DNA of 24,000 bases from an uncultured Candidatus Bathyarchaeia archaeon (GCA_964347765.1 CAYGAG010000021.1:4088-28087), one strand, 5' to 3'. Positions 1 through 9,372 are shown, counted from the first letter of the stretch. Notes: generated from the letters alone by a model not told the origin. Translations and numbers: made by a program.

Positions 1-2
1 AA

Positions 3-428
3 GCTCTGCATCGACTTCCAAGTGGTGACGTGCTGACTCATGGAGACTTTCATCCTGACAATATCTTGATGCCATCACATGGACCTATGATTATAGATTG
101 GAATGATGCAACAAAAGGTAGACCAGAGGCAGATATCGCTAGAACTCTATACCTGCTTCAGAAAGGTAGACCGCATCAGCCTTTCAACCTTGATTCGGAG
201 GAGATTGATTCAGTTCGCACTCAGTTTGTCAAAGTATATCTGAAACGATATAGACAAATCCGTTCAATATCCATAGAAGAGATAGAGTCGTGGCGACTAC
301 CCGTAATCGCTGCTAGGCTGAGTGAGGGCATAAAAGAAGAGAAGAATGAGATACTATCAATTCTCAAGAGGATGTGCTCAGCGAAAGCGAAACATACAAA
401 CAGAAATGCAGATTCAAGAAAAGGATAA
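3..428 (+). CDS. phosphotransferase (aminoglycoside/choline-kinase-like, APH fold) family protein, 5'-truncated by the window edge
   Basis: The frame is open from nt 3. Translation ...LPSGDVLTHGDFHPDNILM...MIIDWNDATKG... carries the HGDxxxxN catalytic loop and the I-D-W metal-binding Asp typical of this kinase fold. Stop is TAA at 426-428. Confidence 0.7.
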   Translation, partial: ALHRLPSGDVLTHGDFHPDNILMPSHGPMIIDWNDATKGRPEADIARTLYLLQKGRPHQPFNLDSEEIDSVRTQFVKVYLKRYRQIRSISIEEIESWRLPVIAARLSEGIKEEKNEILSILKRMCSAKAKHTNRNADSRKG

Positions 429-472
429 GCTAATACTTCAGCTCCACACACAGGTGTTCAGATAGTAGGATT

Positions 473-1432
473 GTGTACAGTTTGCCAAAGATTCCAGACG
501 ATGCTGCTCATGGTGGTCCTGGCTGGTCTCCGAGAACAGATTCGTTACAGCAGGAGATCGGCAAGATTTGGAAGAAGTGCGGTGTAGACTCGGAATGGGC
601 TTCGCTTTCTGCAGTTCTGATGCATCGACCAGGCCCTGAGATCGAATTGGTCACTGATGCCGATGATGCCCTGATGCTTGATGTTCCAGATGGTGCAGTA
701 GCTACACGACAACATGATGGTCTGGTTGAAGCCTATCGCGATGCAGGCGTAGAAGTCTACTATGTCAAGCCAAACCACATTCCTCCTCCAAACATGATGT
801 TCGTTGCTGATCTCTTCTTCATGACTCCTGAAGGAGCGATCTTAGCACGTCCAGCATCGGTTGTACGCGCAGGTGAAGAGCGTTTTGTCGCGCAAAGGCT
901 TGCTGAATTAGGCATCCCGATTCTGCGGTGCGTAAGAGGAAATGGAGTCTTCGAGGGAGCCGACGCATCCTGGATTAACCCGAACACTGTAATCATCGGC
1001 ACGGGACTTCGCACAAACAGTGAGGGAGCAGCCCAGGTAACAAGCCTCCTAGAAGAGATGGATGTAGAGGTTGTCAAAGTCGATCTTCCCCACGGAGCAA
1101 TGCACTTGATGGGAGTCTTGCGTTTTGCTGACCGAGACCTCGCTATCTCTTGGCGGACCAGACTCTCCGAAAAAGCTGTAAAAGCTCTTCAAAGCCACGG
1201 TTTCACAGTCACCTTCATTCCCGAAGAAGCTGAAGCCATCCATGGAATGGCCCTCAACTTCGTAACGCTGGCACCAAGAAAAATTTTGATGCCAAATGGC
1301 AATCCAACAACCCAATCTTTCTATGAAGATATAGGCATTCAATGCAGAACTGCTGAGATGAAGGAAATTCATAAAGCAGCTGGCGGAATCGGCTGCCTCA
1401 CAGGTATTCTAAAGCGAGAGTCTACAAAATAG
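473..1432 (+). CDS. guanidino-group-modifying enzyme superfamily protein (amidinotransferase / arginine deiminase / DDAH-like)
   Basis: 319 aa with a GTG start. Contains ...VFEGADASW..., ...GAMHLMGV... and the C-terminal nucleophile motif AAGGIGCLTG, as in the arginine deiminase/amidinotransferase fold. Confidence 0.6.
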   Translation: MYSLPKIPDDAAHGGPGWSPRTDSLQQEIGKIWKKCGVDSEWASLSAVLMHRPGPEIELVTDADDALMLDVPDGAVATRQHDGLVEAYRDAGVEVYYVKPNHIPPPNMMFVADLFFMTPEGAILARPASVVRAGEERFVAQRLAELGIPILRCVRGNGVFEGADASWINPNTVIIGTGLRTNSEGAAQVTSLLEEMDVEVVKVDLPHGAMHLMGVLRFADRDLAISWRTRLSEKAVKALQSHGFTVTFIPEEAEAIHGMALNFVTLAPRKILMPNGNPTTQSFYEDIGIQCRTAEMKEIHKAAGGIGCLTGILKRESTK

Positions 1433-1715
1433 CGCGCATAGAAGTATCAGGATTTAGATTCCTTTATTTCAGTTTCTTGCAGGTACTATTTGCTTCCATT
1501 TGAGCAGAATCAAGGGCTGATAATCGGTTTGGCTGTAGCGACAATCGACACATTCTGACCGCCCAAGAAGAATGCTCTCTCTGATCTCCGGAATTCTGGT
1601 GTGGCAGAAGAACGTGATGACAAGCTCTGCCTAACTGATCGTTTTCTTCATATCCCTGTAGACGTCACGGAAGGAGATGGTTTGGACGTGCTGGGTGTAT
1701 GTTCAGTGGCTATGC

Positions 1716-2213
1716 TTATTCTCTGACTTTCTCCACCAAAGTGAAGATCAACCAAATGATCACGCCGTAGATTACTCCGTTGAATATTGCTGATGCCAAT
1801 GTTCTAACAACTAATCCGCTCCACTCAACATCTGGGTCTACACCTGCAGCATCGCTGATCATGTTGCCCAGAGGCAGTTCAGGATAGGCTAGAGTCACGA
1901 CTAAGAAAATCACGAAGCCGATTAGGAATACTATTGCTCCTCGCATATTTTCTCGCTCATCAGCTTCTATGGCTAGGTGTTTCCTAATAAATTTAGTGTA
2001 CAGCAGGCAAAACTCGCGCGCAGTTTCGAAACGGTCAATCAGAAGACCTAAAGGAAGAGCTAGAGTATATAGAGAAGTAGAGCCATTCCAAGTTTGAAGG
2101 CCCTGAGCTTCTGGTGTGACAAGAGAAGGGATGGATGAGAGAATCATGCGAAGGCAAAGTAGACAAGAAACATAAGAAGCAACATTCCCCATCTGTATCT
2201 TGATGTGGCGCAC
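1716..2213 (-). CDS. hypothetical integral membrane protein
   Basis: 165-aa ORF. The C-terminal 76 aa (from Met at 1946) hold two clear hydrophobic helices (AIVFLIGFVIFLVVTLAY, IFNGVIYGVIIWLIFTLV). The N-terminal half is less convincing. No family recognised. Confidence 0.4.
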   Translation of the reverse strand: MRHIKIQMGNVASYVSCLLCLRMILSSIPSLVTPEAQGLQTWNGSTSLYTLALPLGLLIDRFETAREFCLLYTKFIRKHLAIEADERENMRGAIVFLIGFVIFLVVTLAYPELPLGNMISDAAGVDPDVEWSGLVVRTLASAIFNGVIYGVIIWLIFTLVEKVRE

Positions 2214-2368
2214 TTGTTGTGTTCTCTAACCGTGTGAATAATCTGCATATATGGTCTATGATGTGAATCCAGCAGACGATAACATCTAGAGCTTATCAAA
2301 TAGACGTAACAGCACGCGTTGAAAGAGCATCAAAGACTTATCAATAAGATGGTTAGATGAGAGCATAG

Positions 2369-2805
2369 GTGGCCCGTTTGGATGATTTAGAGGAGTTGAA
2401 AACGGAAATCTGGGACAGTTTTGCTGAACAACAGCATATCTTTCTTGCGACAGTTGAAGGCGATCAGCCTAGAGTGCGACCTGTAACGCTCATCTACCTG
2501 TCAAATAAGATGTACGTTGCTCCGGCTCCGACGATGCTAAGACGGGGCAGATAAAAGAAAACCCTAGAACAGAATTTTGCCTCATGATAGAGAAAGAAGG
2601 ACACAATGGCACGATTAGAGCAGAATGTCAAGCTAATATAGTCCAGGACAAGAAGGTCAAGGCTGATATCTACACCAGGATACCGTTCATTCGGGAGTTT
2701 TTCAAGACTCCAGAAGATCCAAGATACACACTTATTGAACTTGAGCCAACACGTTTCGAATACATGAAGCCAGGGACCGTGGAATCCGCGAAAATCAAGC
2801 CTTAA
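2369..2805 (+). pseudogene. pyridoxamine 5'-phosphate oxidase-like (FMN-binding split-barrel) protein, interrupted by a shift to the -1 frame near 2509-2527
   Basis: ORF 2369-2554 (..HIFLATVEGDQPRVRPVTLIYLSNKMYVA) stops after 61 aa. The -1 frame continues with ..GSDDAKTGQIKENPRTEFCLMIEKEGHNGTIRAECQANIVQDKKVK... to TAA at 2803-2805, overlapping track ORF 2584-2805. Joined, the pieces give a normal PNPOx-like domain of about 145 aa. Confidence 0.65.
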
Positions 2806-2835
2806 AGAGATTGATCTAAGACGCTTGGACGCTGT

Positions 2836-3342
2836 CTATTCCTCTAACTTGACGACTTTGCAACATCTTCTTTCCAGATGCCCCATTAAGTCGATGCCTG
2901 CCTTGCTTCTTTCCTCTTCTTCTTCAAGATACTTTTCAAACCCTACTTCTCTGACGCGGTTATAGTTTTCGACAACGAAGGGATACCAGTCTCGTTGATA
3001 TTCTGTATGCCTGCAGCCAAGATAGTCATCGCAGAGGAGGCAGCTCTTCAGCTTCTTTTCTTCTGCGCATTTTCTATTCTCGCAGGGTGCGCCTCCGCCG
3101 TTCAGGCACATGGAGCATTGGGCACTGGAGAACCATTCCAAACCTTTTCTGAACTGATCAAACTTGAATGATTTCACCACATGCTCAACCCAATTATAGC
3201 GAACAGTGTCAACGAGTCTTTTCAATTCTCCTGCTAATACCTTCACACGACCATTTCCACTAGGACATTGACCACAATATACACCGCATATTCCATATCG
3301 GTTGTTGCTGGTCAAACGAACCACCGACACAAAAATAGTCAA
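2836..3342 (-). CDS. DUF3795-type cysteine-rich protein
   Basis: N-terminal YGICGVYCGQCP and a later CSMCLNGGGAPCENRKCAEEKKLKSCLLCDDYLGC cysteine pattern, characteristic of DUF3795. Confidence 0.6.
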   Translation of the reverse strand: MTIFVSVVRLTSNNRYGICGVYCGQCPSGNGRVKVLAGELKRLVDTVRYNWVEHVVKSFKFDQFRKGLEWFSSAQCSMCLNGGGAPCENRKCAEEKKLKSCLLCDDYLGCRHTEYQRDWYPFVVENYNRVREVGFEKYLEEEEERSKAGIDLMGHLERRCCKVVKLEE

Positions 3343-3410
3343 TGCTGACTAAAATATTACACGCTGAAACCGGCATCTCCCTTCTTTTATGAAATCAAAG
3401 GTTCAAATGG

Positions 3411-4352
3411 CTACTGTACAATTCTTCTTTCTGCTTTTTCGGCATTGAATAGATTGAAGGTCAGAACAGCCACATCATTCGGTGTATAGTTTCCCTGGTC
3501 ATGATTTCCTACTGACAGTGACACAGACCTGCCTATGGCGTCCTTGAAATTCCTTGACACATCAACTGTTTCATGAATGTGTCCGTGCAATGTCAGGTAT
3601 GGCTGGTGCTCTTCGATGAAGAGCCTTATGGCCATGCTTCCGACATGTGAGCCATCGTATCGTTGGTCTAGATAGGTATTGTCTGGTGGCGAATGAAATA
3701 TGTAGACAGTTCTCTCAGGATCATCCGTGAATAGAGACTTGTCTAGATCTCTCTGAATGGATTCCTCACTTTCCATAGCCTCTGTAAAACGAAATCTCTT
3801 CCAGCCTTCCAAAGTGCTTCTAAATCCATCCAAGCGATAGTTCCAGCTTTTTCTATGATCATACTCAGTTGCCAAGGTTTGCGGAACTGCATTTAGGTCA
3901 AACTTCTCCCAATCCTTTAGCATAAAAGGCGTTATGGGAACAAAAGAGTAACCAATAACATCAAATCCTCCTGCCAAGTTCAACCTTCTGCCATGTATGA
4001 GATGGAAAAACTCATTATCAAATCTTTTCAGAATGTCAAGATTGCAGGCACAATCATCATTTCCCATCATTATATATATCTGCGAATCAGGGAATGCTTC
4101 CTTGAAAGGAAGAAGCAGATCAGGCAGTCTTTCTGAAAGGAACTCTCTCTGCATAGAGATGAAGCGATTCCGCGTTCCTCTTTGTGGAGCGATGTCTCCA
4201 CCTATTATTATGGAGTCCGCTGAGGTTGCCTTCGCAAGGTCAACCAGCTTTCTATATTGAGATTCATTTCCATGAAGATCCGCGGAGTAAACAACCAAAT
4301 GTTGCATACGATCAGCTCTATCATTTGACGGCAATGACTTTCCAATACTCAT
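3411..4352 (-). CDS. metallophosphoesterase (calcineurin-like phosphoesterase) family protein
   Basis: Ordered motifs SADLHGN, IIIGGDI, MMGNDD, FHSPP and LHGHIHE. The likelier start is Met16 at 4307 (MQHLVVYSADLHGN), which removes the 32-nt overlap with the upstream gene. Confidence 0.75.
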   Translation of the reverse strand: MSIGKSLPSNDRADRMQHLVVYSADLHGNESQYRKLVDLAKATSADSIIIGGDIAPQRGTRNRFISMQREFLSERLPDLLLPFKEAFPDSQIYIMMGNDDCACNLDILKRFDNEFFHLIHGRRLNLAGGFDVIGYSFVPITPFMLKDWEKFDLNAVPQTLATEYDHRKSWNYRLDGFRSTLEGWKRFRFTEAMESEESIQRDLDKSLFTDDPERTVYIFHSPPDNTYLDQRYDGSHVGSMAIRLFIEEHQPYLTLHGHIHETVDVSRNFKDAIGRSVSLSVGNHDQGNYTPNDVAVLTFNLFNAEKAERRIVQ

Positions 4353-4962
4353 GCGGCCGCTTAGTCCTGCTTTGGATAGGTTCTACGTTGACCTTCTCGA
4401 AATCTGCTAAGAGAGTGAGAACCTCTTCCTTCGAGAAGAAATGATGTGTTTCTTCAAACTTTTTCTGTTCGAAATCCTCTATGACTCGAAATGTTCCGTT
4501 TTCCAGCTTTTCGCCTGATCCATACCGAAAATCTTTAGCAGATAGAAGATTGGCCAAGAATAGACCGTTGTCCCTCAGGACTGTGTGGATCTCGCCCAGG
4601 GCTTTTTCAATGTCTTTTTTCAAACCATGATGGACAACACTTACACTGATCACGATATCGAATGCTTGCTTGACGAATGGGAGACGTGTCATAGAGCCAC
4701 GCAGAACCTCTAAGTTTGGAAGCCCCTCGGTTCTGGACCGAACCTTTGTCTTCTTCAAAGCACTCTCAGAAACGTCTACCCCGACCACATCATATCCTTC
4801 CTTCCCCAAGTAGATCAAATTTCTGCCCGCACCGCATCCCAAATCAAGAAATACTGGAGAATCATATTCTTTGAAAAGAGATAAAGAATCAACGATGAAT
4901 GGAACAGGTCTCTTGAGCCAATCTGGAAGTTGACGCATAATAGAATAGTACTCTTCCCACAT
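4321..4962 (-). CDS. class I SAM-dependent methyltransferase
   Basis: Motif I VFLDLGCGAGRNLIYL, then DVVGVDVS and FDIVISVSVVHH (post-I, II and III motifs). Confidence 0.75.
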   Translation of the reverse strand: MWEEYYSIMRQLPDWLKRPVPFIVDSLSLFKEYDSPVFLDLGCGAGRNLIYLGKEGYDVVGVDVSESALKKTKVRSRTEGLPNLEVLRGSMTRLPFVKQAFDIVISVSVVHHGLKKDIEKALGEIHTVLRDNGLFLANLLSAKDFRYGSGEKLENGTFRVIEDFEQKKFEETHHFFSKEEVLTLLADFEKVNVEPIQSRTKRPHEYWKVIAVK

Positions 4963-5231
4963 CTCTTACCACCTAGATTGTGAGTATACGAGTGGATTAC
5001 TACAAATTACTTTCCGCACTTTCATTTTCTGACTTAAGCATTACAGGCTCAACTTGTACTACTTTGCCCATGATCTTTCGCGTTTACCTAAGGAAGATGT
5101 AATGATCTAACGGCAGGAGTCAGAATCTAGCTTGGACATGGACTCAGGGAAGATATCTCCTGTAGATCCATCGGCTAACTCCGAGTCTGAATAAAGGAAC
5201 ATAAAGCACGCAAATGTCTGGTCTTGTATGT

Positions 5232-6233
5232 TTACTGCTGCAGTTTTGCAAGGACGCGAAGACCCAGAATCGTCAATTTTCCCTGGTTTATCAGATAATT
5301 GTCTTCGAGCTCTGAAATTACCTCTTTTCCCCATGAAATCTCTTTTCCAGCAGCAATCTTTCTCAGAGTGTTGAGAACAGGAAGTCGCCTCTCTATCCAA
5401 CTACAGAGTTCATCAATCAAGATTTCCCGTGGTTGCGCTCTCCTCCAGTAGTATCGGAACAGATCCCTACACCACTTGTGAGACCTTTTGTCTGCTGCGG
5501 TGAATCCTAAGTAGTCAAATCTCCTAAAACGTGTCAGTGTCCCCGTATCTAACACAGGAAAGGCTATTGTAGCGAGCCCTTTATCAGATATATAGAAGTA
5601 TATGTCAAGCTGTTGAAGCACTCTTTCATCCAGAAGCCCTTTAATCCTCCCCTGGATTAGAGACTTTCTTGTTTGTTCATCAGCGAGAAGGGCCTCGACA
5701 ATGTCAGGGGAAGGAACCAAATCCTTTGGCTCTATGTTCAGAACTTTCACTCCTCGTTCAAGCGCTTCCCCGAGTAAGGGCATACTACTCAGAAGGTAGT
5801 TATCAGTGATCAACCAAATGAATTTCTCTGCGCTGCTAATTATCTTGTCTACATTGAAAAAGGTAACTGAGATGTCATCACTATGTCTGCTGTCTGATAG
5901 GTCGCAAAGCCTACACACAAATTCTGGAGGAAGACGCTCCAGCGAGTGGGTCATGAAATAGTTCCTATGCTGTGATATGAACTCTAATCCGTTAAGTTGT
6001 TTCAGGACTAACTTGCCAAAAAGAGTAAGATTATGCAAGCCTTCATCCCTGTGCGTCACTCCAGCCTCGGCCAGTCGAGAAAGGTGCCTGCTGGACTCCT
6101 GGATTCTGATGCCCAACGAATTTGATAATCCTGTAACACTCATTGCTTGTTTGTTCAGTTCACGCATGATTCTAAGCCGATCCTTATTTGAAAACTCGAA
6201 GAACAGGTTACAGAGATTGTCCAACCCGACCAC
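5232..6233 (-). CDS. winged-helix (ArsR-like) transcriptional regulator with a DUF1724-type C-terminal domain (COG4742 / FilR1-like)
   Basis: N-terminus FSNKDRLRIMRELNKQAMSVTGLSNSLGIRIQESSRHLSRLAEAGVTHRDEGLHNLTLFGKLV is a wHTH. It is followed by ..HRNYFMTHSLERLPPEF.., typical of the archaeal DUF1724 regulator family. Divergently arranged with the beta-helix surface protein gene. Confidence 0.6.
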   Translation of the reverse strand: MVGLDNLCNLFFEFSNKDRLRIMRELNKQAMSVTGLSNSLGIRIQESSRHLSRLAEAGVTHRDEGLHNLTLFGKLVLKQLNGLEFISQHRNYFMTHSLERLPPEFVCRLCDLSDSRHSDDISVTFFNVDKIISSAEKFIWLITDNYLLSSMPLLGEALERGVKVLNIEPKDLVPSPDIVEALLADEQTRKSLIQGRIKGLLDERVLQQLDIYFYISDKGLATIAFPVLDTGTLTRFRRFDYLGFTAADKRSHKWCRDLFRYYWRRAQPREILIDELCSWIERRLPVLNTLRKIAAGKEISWGKEVISELEDNYLINQGKLTILGLRVLAKLQQ

Positions 6234-6317
6234 CTGTCAAAAGTAATGTTAATTTTTCCTAATAGGCATTGACCTCTCTAAATTGCTGTTTCGAAGACTT
6301 AATATGAAGTCTCTAAC

Positions 6318-8582
6318 ATGCTCTCTTTTTGCGGGGAGCCATTGGAGGTTGTAGAATTGTATAAGCATATCTGGACATTGCTACTGAGGAAATTGGGCAA
6401 AAAAACGATCTCCGCTATCGTTTTGGCTTTCGTCTTGTTGAGTGTGTCGATCATGGTGTTCAAAGTTCAACCAGCAAAGGCTAGAACAATAATAGTGCCT
6501 GATGAATATCCCACTATACAGGCAGCGATCAACGCAGCTAATGACGGCGACACCGTATCTGTAAGAAGTGGGACGTATTTAGAGAGCGTCTCTGTTCGGA
6601 GATCTATAAGACTTGTTGGTTGGAGTCCGCACACAACAAAGATAGATGGTGAAAAAGACCTAGCATTGGCTATAACAGCAGATGATGTGTCGGTAAGTGG
6701 TTTCACATTGGCATCGAGCAAACTAAGAGAGGGGGACCCTTCTCCCCATGAAGAAGACCTATTCATTGTCTGGGTAGAAGGTAGTAACTGCGTTATTTCA
6801 AATAATATTGTTCAAGGAGTCGCTGAAACACGCTGGGTCACTGGCATTCTGCTAGTAAGTTGCAGTAACAACAACGTTGAAAATAACAGGATTAGAGACC
6901 TGCACACAGATGGCGTCAGGATCTGGCTCTCTAATAGTAACGTCATTCGTAATAACGTAATCAACAATACCTCTTTGGGGATCAATGTGGTCACTTCCCA
7001 AAGCAATGCAATCGAAGGCAACATAATAACATACACTAATCCAGACTATCCCTCACCGTACCACGACCCCATGCACAAACACAAAGGCCTGCTACCGCCT
7101 TCAGGAATCTCTCTGTATTTAGACTCACAAGGGAACCAGCTGATCGAAAATACAGTTGTCAATAACGGGGTACATGGACTTTCCATTGGGAATCGATCTT
7201 CATATAACCTGGTAGTTGGCAATGTAATATCATCAAATGGAATATTCAAGCCCAACAGTTGGGAAAGCAACTATAACGTATGGGTGAACCTGAGTACTGC
7301 AAACAGGTTCTATCACAACTACTTCGACGATCGAAGCACAACTTGCAGTGTAGTAGGGAGCAACCTGAGGGATAACGGTTACCCCTCGGGAGGCAACTTC
7401 TGGAAGGAGTACGCTGCAGAGGACTCTTGCAGTGGAACTTCTCAGAATCAACAAGGCAGTGACGGAATATTTGATTATCCTTATTTTATTGACGAGAACG
7501 AAATTGACAGATATCCACTAATAGATCTAGAATGGGTTGACAAAAAGGTTCACAATCTTGATACAGACTCTCACTATCTAACTATACAGGAAGCGGTTTA
7601 TGCTTCAGAAACTTTGAATGGGCACACAATTGTAGTAGACAAAGGACTACGTTACGAGCACATTACGATTAACAAGAGCATATCGCTGATAGGAGAGAAC
7701 GTCTCCACAACATTCATAGACGGATATGGAATAGGCAGCGTGATCAAGATAATCGCTTCAAACGTCAAGCTTTGCAATTTCACAATACAGAATAGCGGTA
7801 CACATGAAATTTTAGTGGCAAATTCGTCTAATGCCGTCTTGCGAAACAACTCCATCGACAACATTGCAATCGAAGCTCGTGAAGATGCTCCCCTAAACTA
7901 TTTCATTCACGACATTGACGCCTCGAATCTTGTCAATGGGAAGCAGGTCATTTACTGGATTAACCGCCATGAAGGGAGAATACCGTCAAATGCAGGGTTC
8001 GTCGCCGTAGTCAATTCATCCAACATCATAGTGGATGGCTTGAAAGCAACGAACAACAGCCAAGGCATATTCTTCGCTTACACAAATAGCTCGATAATTA
8101 TGAACCCTGCTCTGCTTAACAATAACGAAGGGATACGGCTGCACCGCTCTTTTAATAACATTTTGAAGAGTAACTACTTTGCACGAAATCTCTGCGGCAT
8201 CGGACTGACATTCTCCTCAGGAAACAGGATTCACCACAACAACTTCATCGAAAATACCATACAAGCGTACACAATTTCTTCTTCGAATGCTTGGGATGAC
8301 AGCTACCCTTCAGGTGGCAACTACTGGAGAGACTACAGTGGCTTTGACTCAAACAACGATTCCATAGGAGACACACCATACATCATCAACGAAAACAACA
8401 CAGATAACCATCCCCTCATGAAATCCTACGCCATACAAGCATCAGTAACCTTGCCAAACCCAGTAGTAAGCGTCCTGCCTATAGTTACCCACCCTGTCAC
8501 ATGCTTTATTGAACTCCCCAAAAGCTACAGCGTAGACGAGACGAATGTACGTCAGTCTTCATCAATGGAACTGTCAACGTAG
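6318..8582 (+). CDS. secreted or surface right-handed parallel beta-helix (PbH1/NosD-like) repeat protein; the C-terminal domain continues out of frame (see 8549-8830)
   Basis: Two beta-helix modules rich in N-x-I/V-x-x-N repeats (NNIVQG, NNVENN, NNVINN...). Each is followed by YPSGGN[F/Y]W ... D-x-[YH]-PL. A Sec-type signal MGKKTISAIVLAFVLLSVSIMVFKVQPAKA/RT appears if translation starts at in-frame TTG 6393, so the start at 6318 is probably over-extended. Confidence 0.75.
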   Translation: MLSFCGEPLEVVELYKHIWTLLLRKLGKKTISAIVLAFVLLSVSIMVFKVQPAKARTIIVPDEYPTIQAAINAANDGDTVSVRSGTYLESVSVRRSIRLVGWSPHTTKIDGEKDLALAITADDVSVSGFTLASSKLREGDPSPHEEDLFIVWVEGSNCVISNNIVQGVAETRWVTGILLVSCSNNNVENNRIRDLHTDGVRIWLSNSNVIRNNVINNTSLGINVVTSQSNAIEGNIITYTNPDYPSPYHDPMHKHKGLLPPSGISLYLDSQGNQLIENTVVNNGVHGLSIGNRSSYNLVVGNVISSNGIFKPNSWESNYNVWVNLSTANRFYHNYFDDRSTTCSVVGSNLRDNGYPSGGNFWKEYAAEDSCSGTSQNQQGSDGIFDYPYFIDENEIDRYPLIDLEWVDKKVHNLDTDSHYLTIQEAVYASETLNGHTIVVDKGLRYEHITINKSISLIGENVSTTFIDGYGIGSVIKIIASNVKLCNFTIQNSGTHEILVANSSNAVLRNNSIDNIAIEAREDAPLNYFIHDIDASNLVNGKQVIYWINRHEGRIPSNAGFVAVVNSSNIIVDGLKATNNSQGIFFAYTNSSIIMNPALLNNNEGIRLHRSFNNILKSNYFARNLCGIGLTFSSGNRIHHNNFIENTIQAYTISSSNAWDDSYPSGGNYWRDYSGFDSNNDSIGDTPYIINENNTDNHPLMKSYAIQASVTLPNPVVSVLPIVTHPVTCFIELPKSYSVDETNVRQSSSMELST
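6360..6364 (+). promoter_or_regulatory. candidate archaeal TATA box for the beta-helix protein gene
   Basis: TTGTATAAGC lies about 30 nt upstream of in-frame TTG 6393, the codon that yields a canonical signal peptide. Confidence 0.3.
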
Positions 8583-8830
8583 ACCTTAACTTCCCAGCTC
8601 AAATCGGAGACTTCAATCTGAACAATGTTTCAGACCTTGAGATACGCTTCTTCAAAGCAGAGGTCGTTAGGTTTTGCCTAAAAAATCTTGAGTACATCGA
8701 CCCGTATTCTCCTATTGAAGTCGCTCTAGAATTAAATGGGTGTCTGAACTACGGCCAACCCTTCCAAGCGATAGCCGCAATCGAAATAATATTCTTTGGA
8801 TATAGAAGGGCAGGGATATTTCCTATTTAG
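8549..8830 (+). pseudogene. out-of-frame (-1) C-terminal continuation of the beta-helix protein
   Basis: The -1 frame is open from 8513 to TAG 8828-8830. It reads ..TSVFINGTVNVDLNFPAQIGDFNLNNVSDLEIRFFKAEVVRFCLKNLEYIDPYSPIEVALELNGCLNYGQPFQAIAAIEIIFFGYRRAGIFPI. Together with the in-frame CFIELPKSYSVDETNV this rebuilds the common archaeal surface-protein terminal module ('IELP.gY.v.dI.v.Si.lNGtv.a......GD.d.dg..DL.VkF.r.ev'). Confidence 0.6.
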
Positions 8831-8940
8831 ATAGGCTCTAAATGCCGCAATTCGTTAATTCATTTTTCAGATACAAACCCTGAAAACCATACACAGAAGA
8901 GGTTGCATTTGTAGACCTGTTTCCTTTATTAATCTTGGAT

Positions 8941-9372
8941 CTAGATCAGTCTAAAGAAACCGAGAACAGTGATTAGCAGAAAAAGATGTCTTAGTGGAAG
9001 AATCAAGATTCTTTCGTTCTTAAGCCTCCAGAACGTAACATAACAGTTAACCGCTGTCAACGCGAGCCACAGGAGAGATGGATAGAAGATCAAGAATTCT
9101 GATAATCTATCGCATGATGCGTCAACTACAAGTCCATCGAAACTCAGCAAATGTGTTTTCCTGGCCAAGAAGCCATCTAATGCATCGAGAAAAAGAACGA
9201 AAAACAACGACAAAATCCCATACGTAACCAGATTTAAGCTGAAAAAAAGGTAGACGGATATTGACATAAGCAGAGAAAACCATGAGACAGCATTTGGAGA
9301 AACGTCAACCTTCTCAAATGGCGTCAAAAGGAAGTCAGTTATAGCATGATAAAGAGTCCTGCTGTCAACCAT
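8941..9372 (-). CDS. CDP-alcohol phosphatidyltransferase family protein (short form)
   Basis: Exact signature D-G-x2-A-R-x8-G-x3-D-x3-D in DALDGFLARKTHLLSFDGLVVDASCD (codons 9109-9177). Several TM helices. The size of 143 aa is small for the family. Confidence 0.7.
   Translation of the reverse strand: MVDSRTLYHAITDFLLTPFEKVDVSPNAVSWFSLLMSISVYLFFSLNLVTYGILSLFFVLFLDALDGFLARKTHLLSFDGLVVDASCDRLSEFLIFYPSLLWLALTAVNCYVTFWRLKNERILILPLRHLFLLITVLGFFRLI

Noticed and set aside
1469-1651. A minus-strand mini-ORF in the convergent gap has an in-frame amber codon: MKKTIS-[TAG 1631-1633]-AELVITFFCHTRIPEIRESILLGRSECVDCRYSQTDYQPLILLKWKQIVPARN-TGA. I considered pyrrolysine or stop read-through of a small Cys/His protein.
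   Set aside because: TAG is a frequent ordinary terminator here; about 8 of 23 genes end in TAG, for example at 1430-1432, 8828-8830, 11465-11467, 17600-17602 and 21111-21113. No pyl genes are present and the peptide matches no family I recognise. It is most likely chance.
5107-5400. A 97-aa minus-strand ORF overlapping the 3' end of the regulator gene.
   Set aside because: It is out of frame with, and overlaps, the DUF1724 regulator. It has no motifs and is probably spurious.
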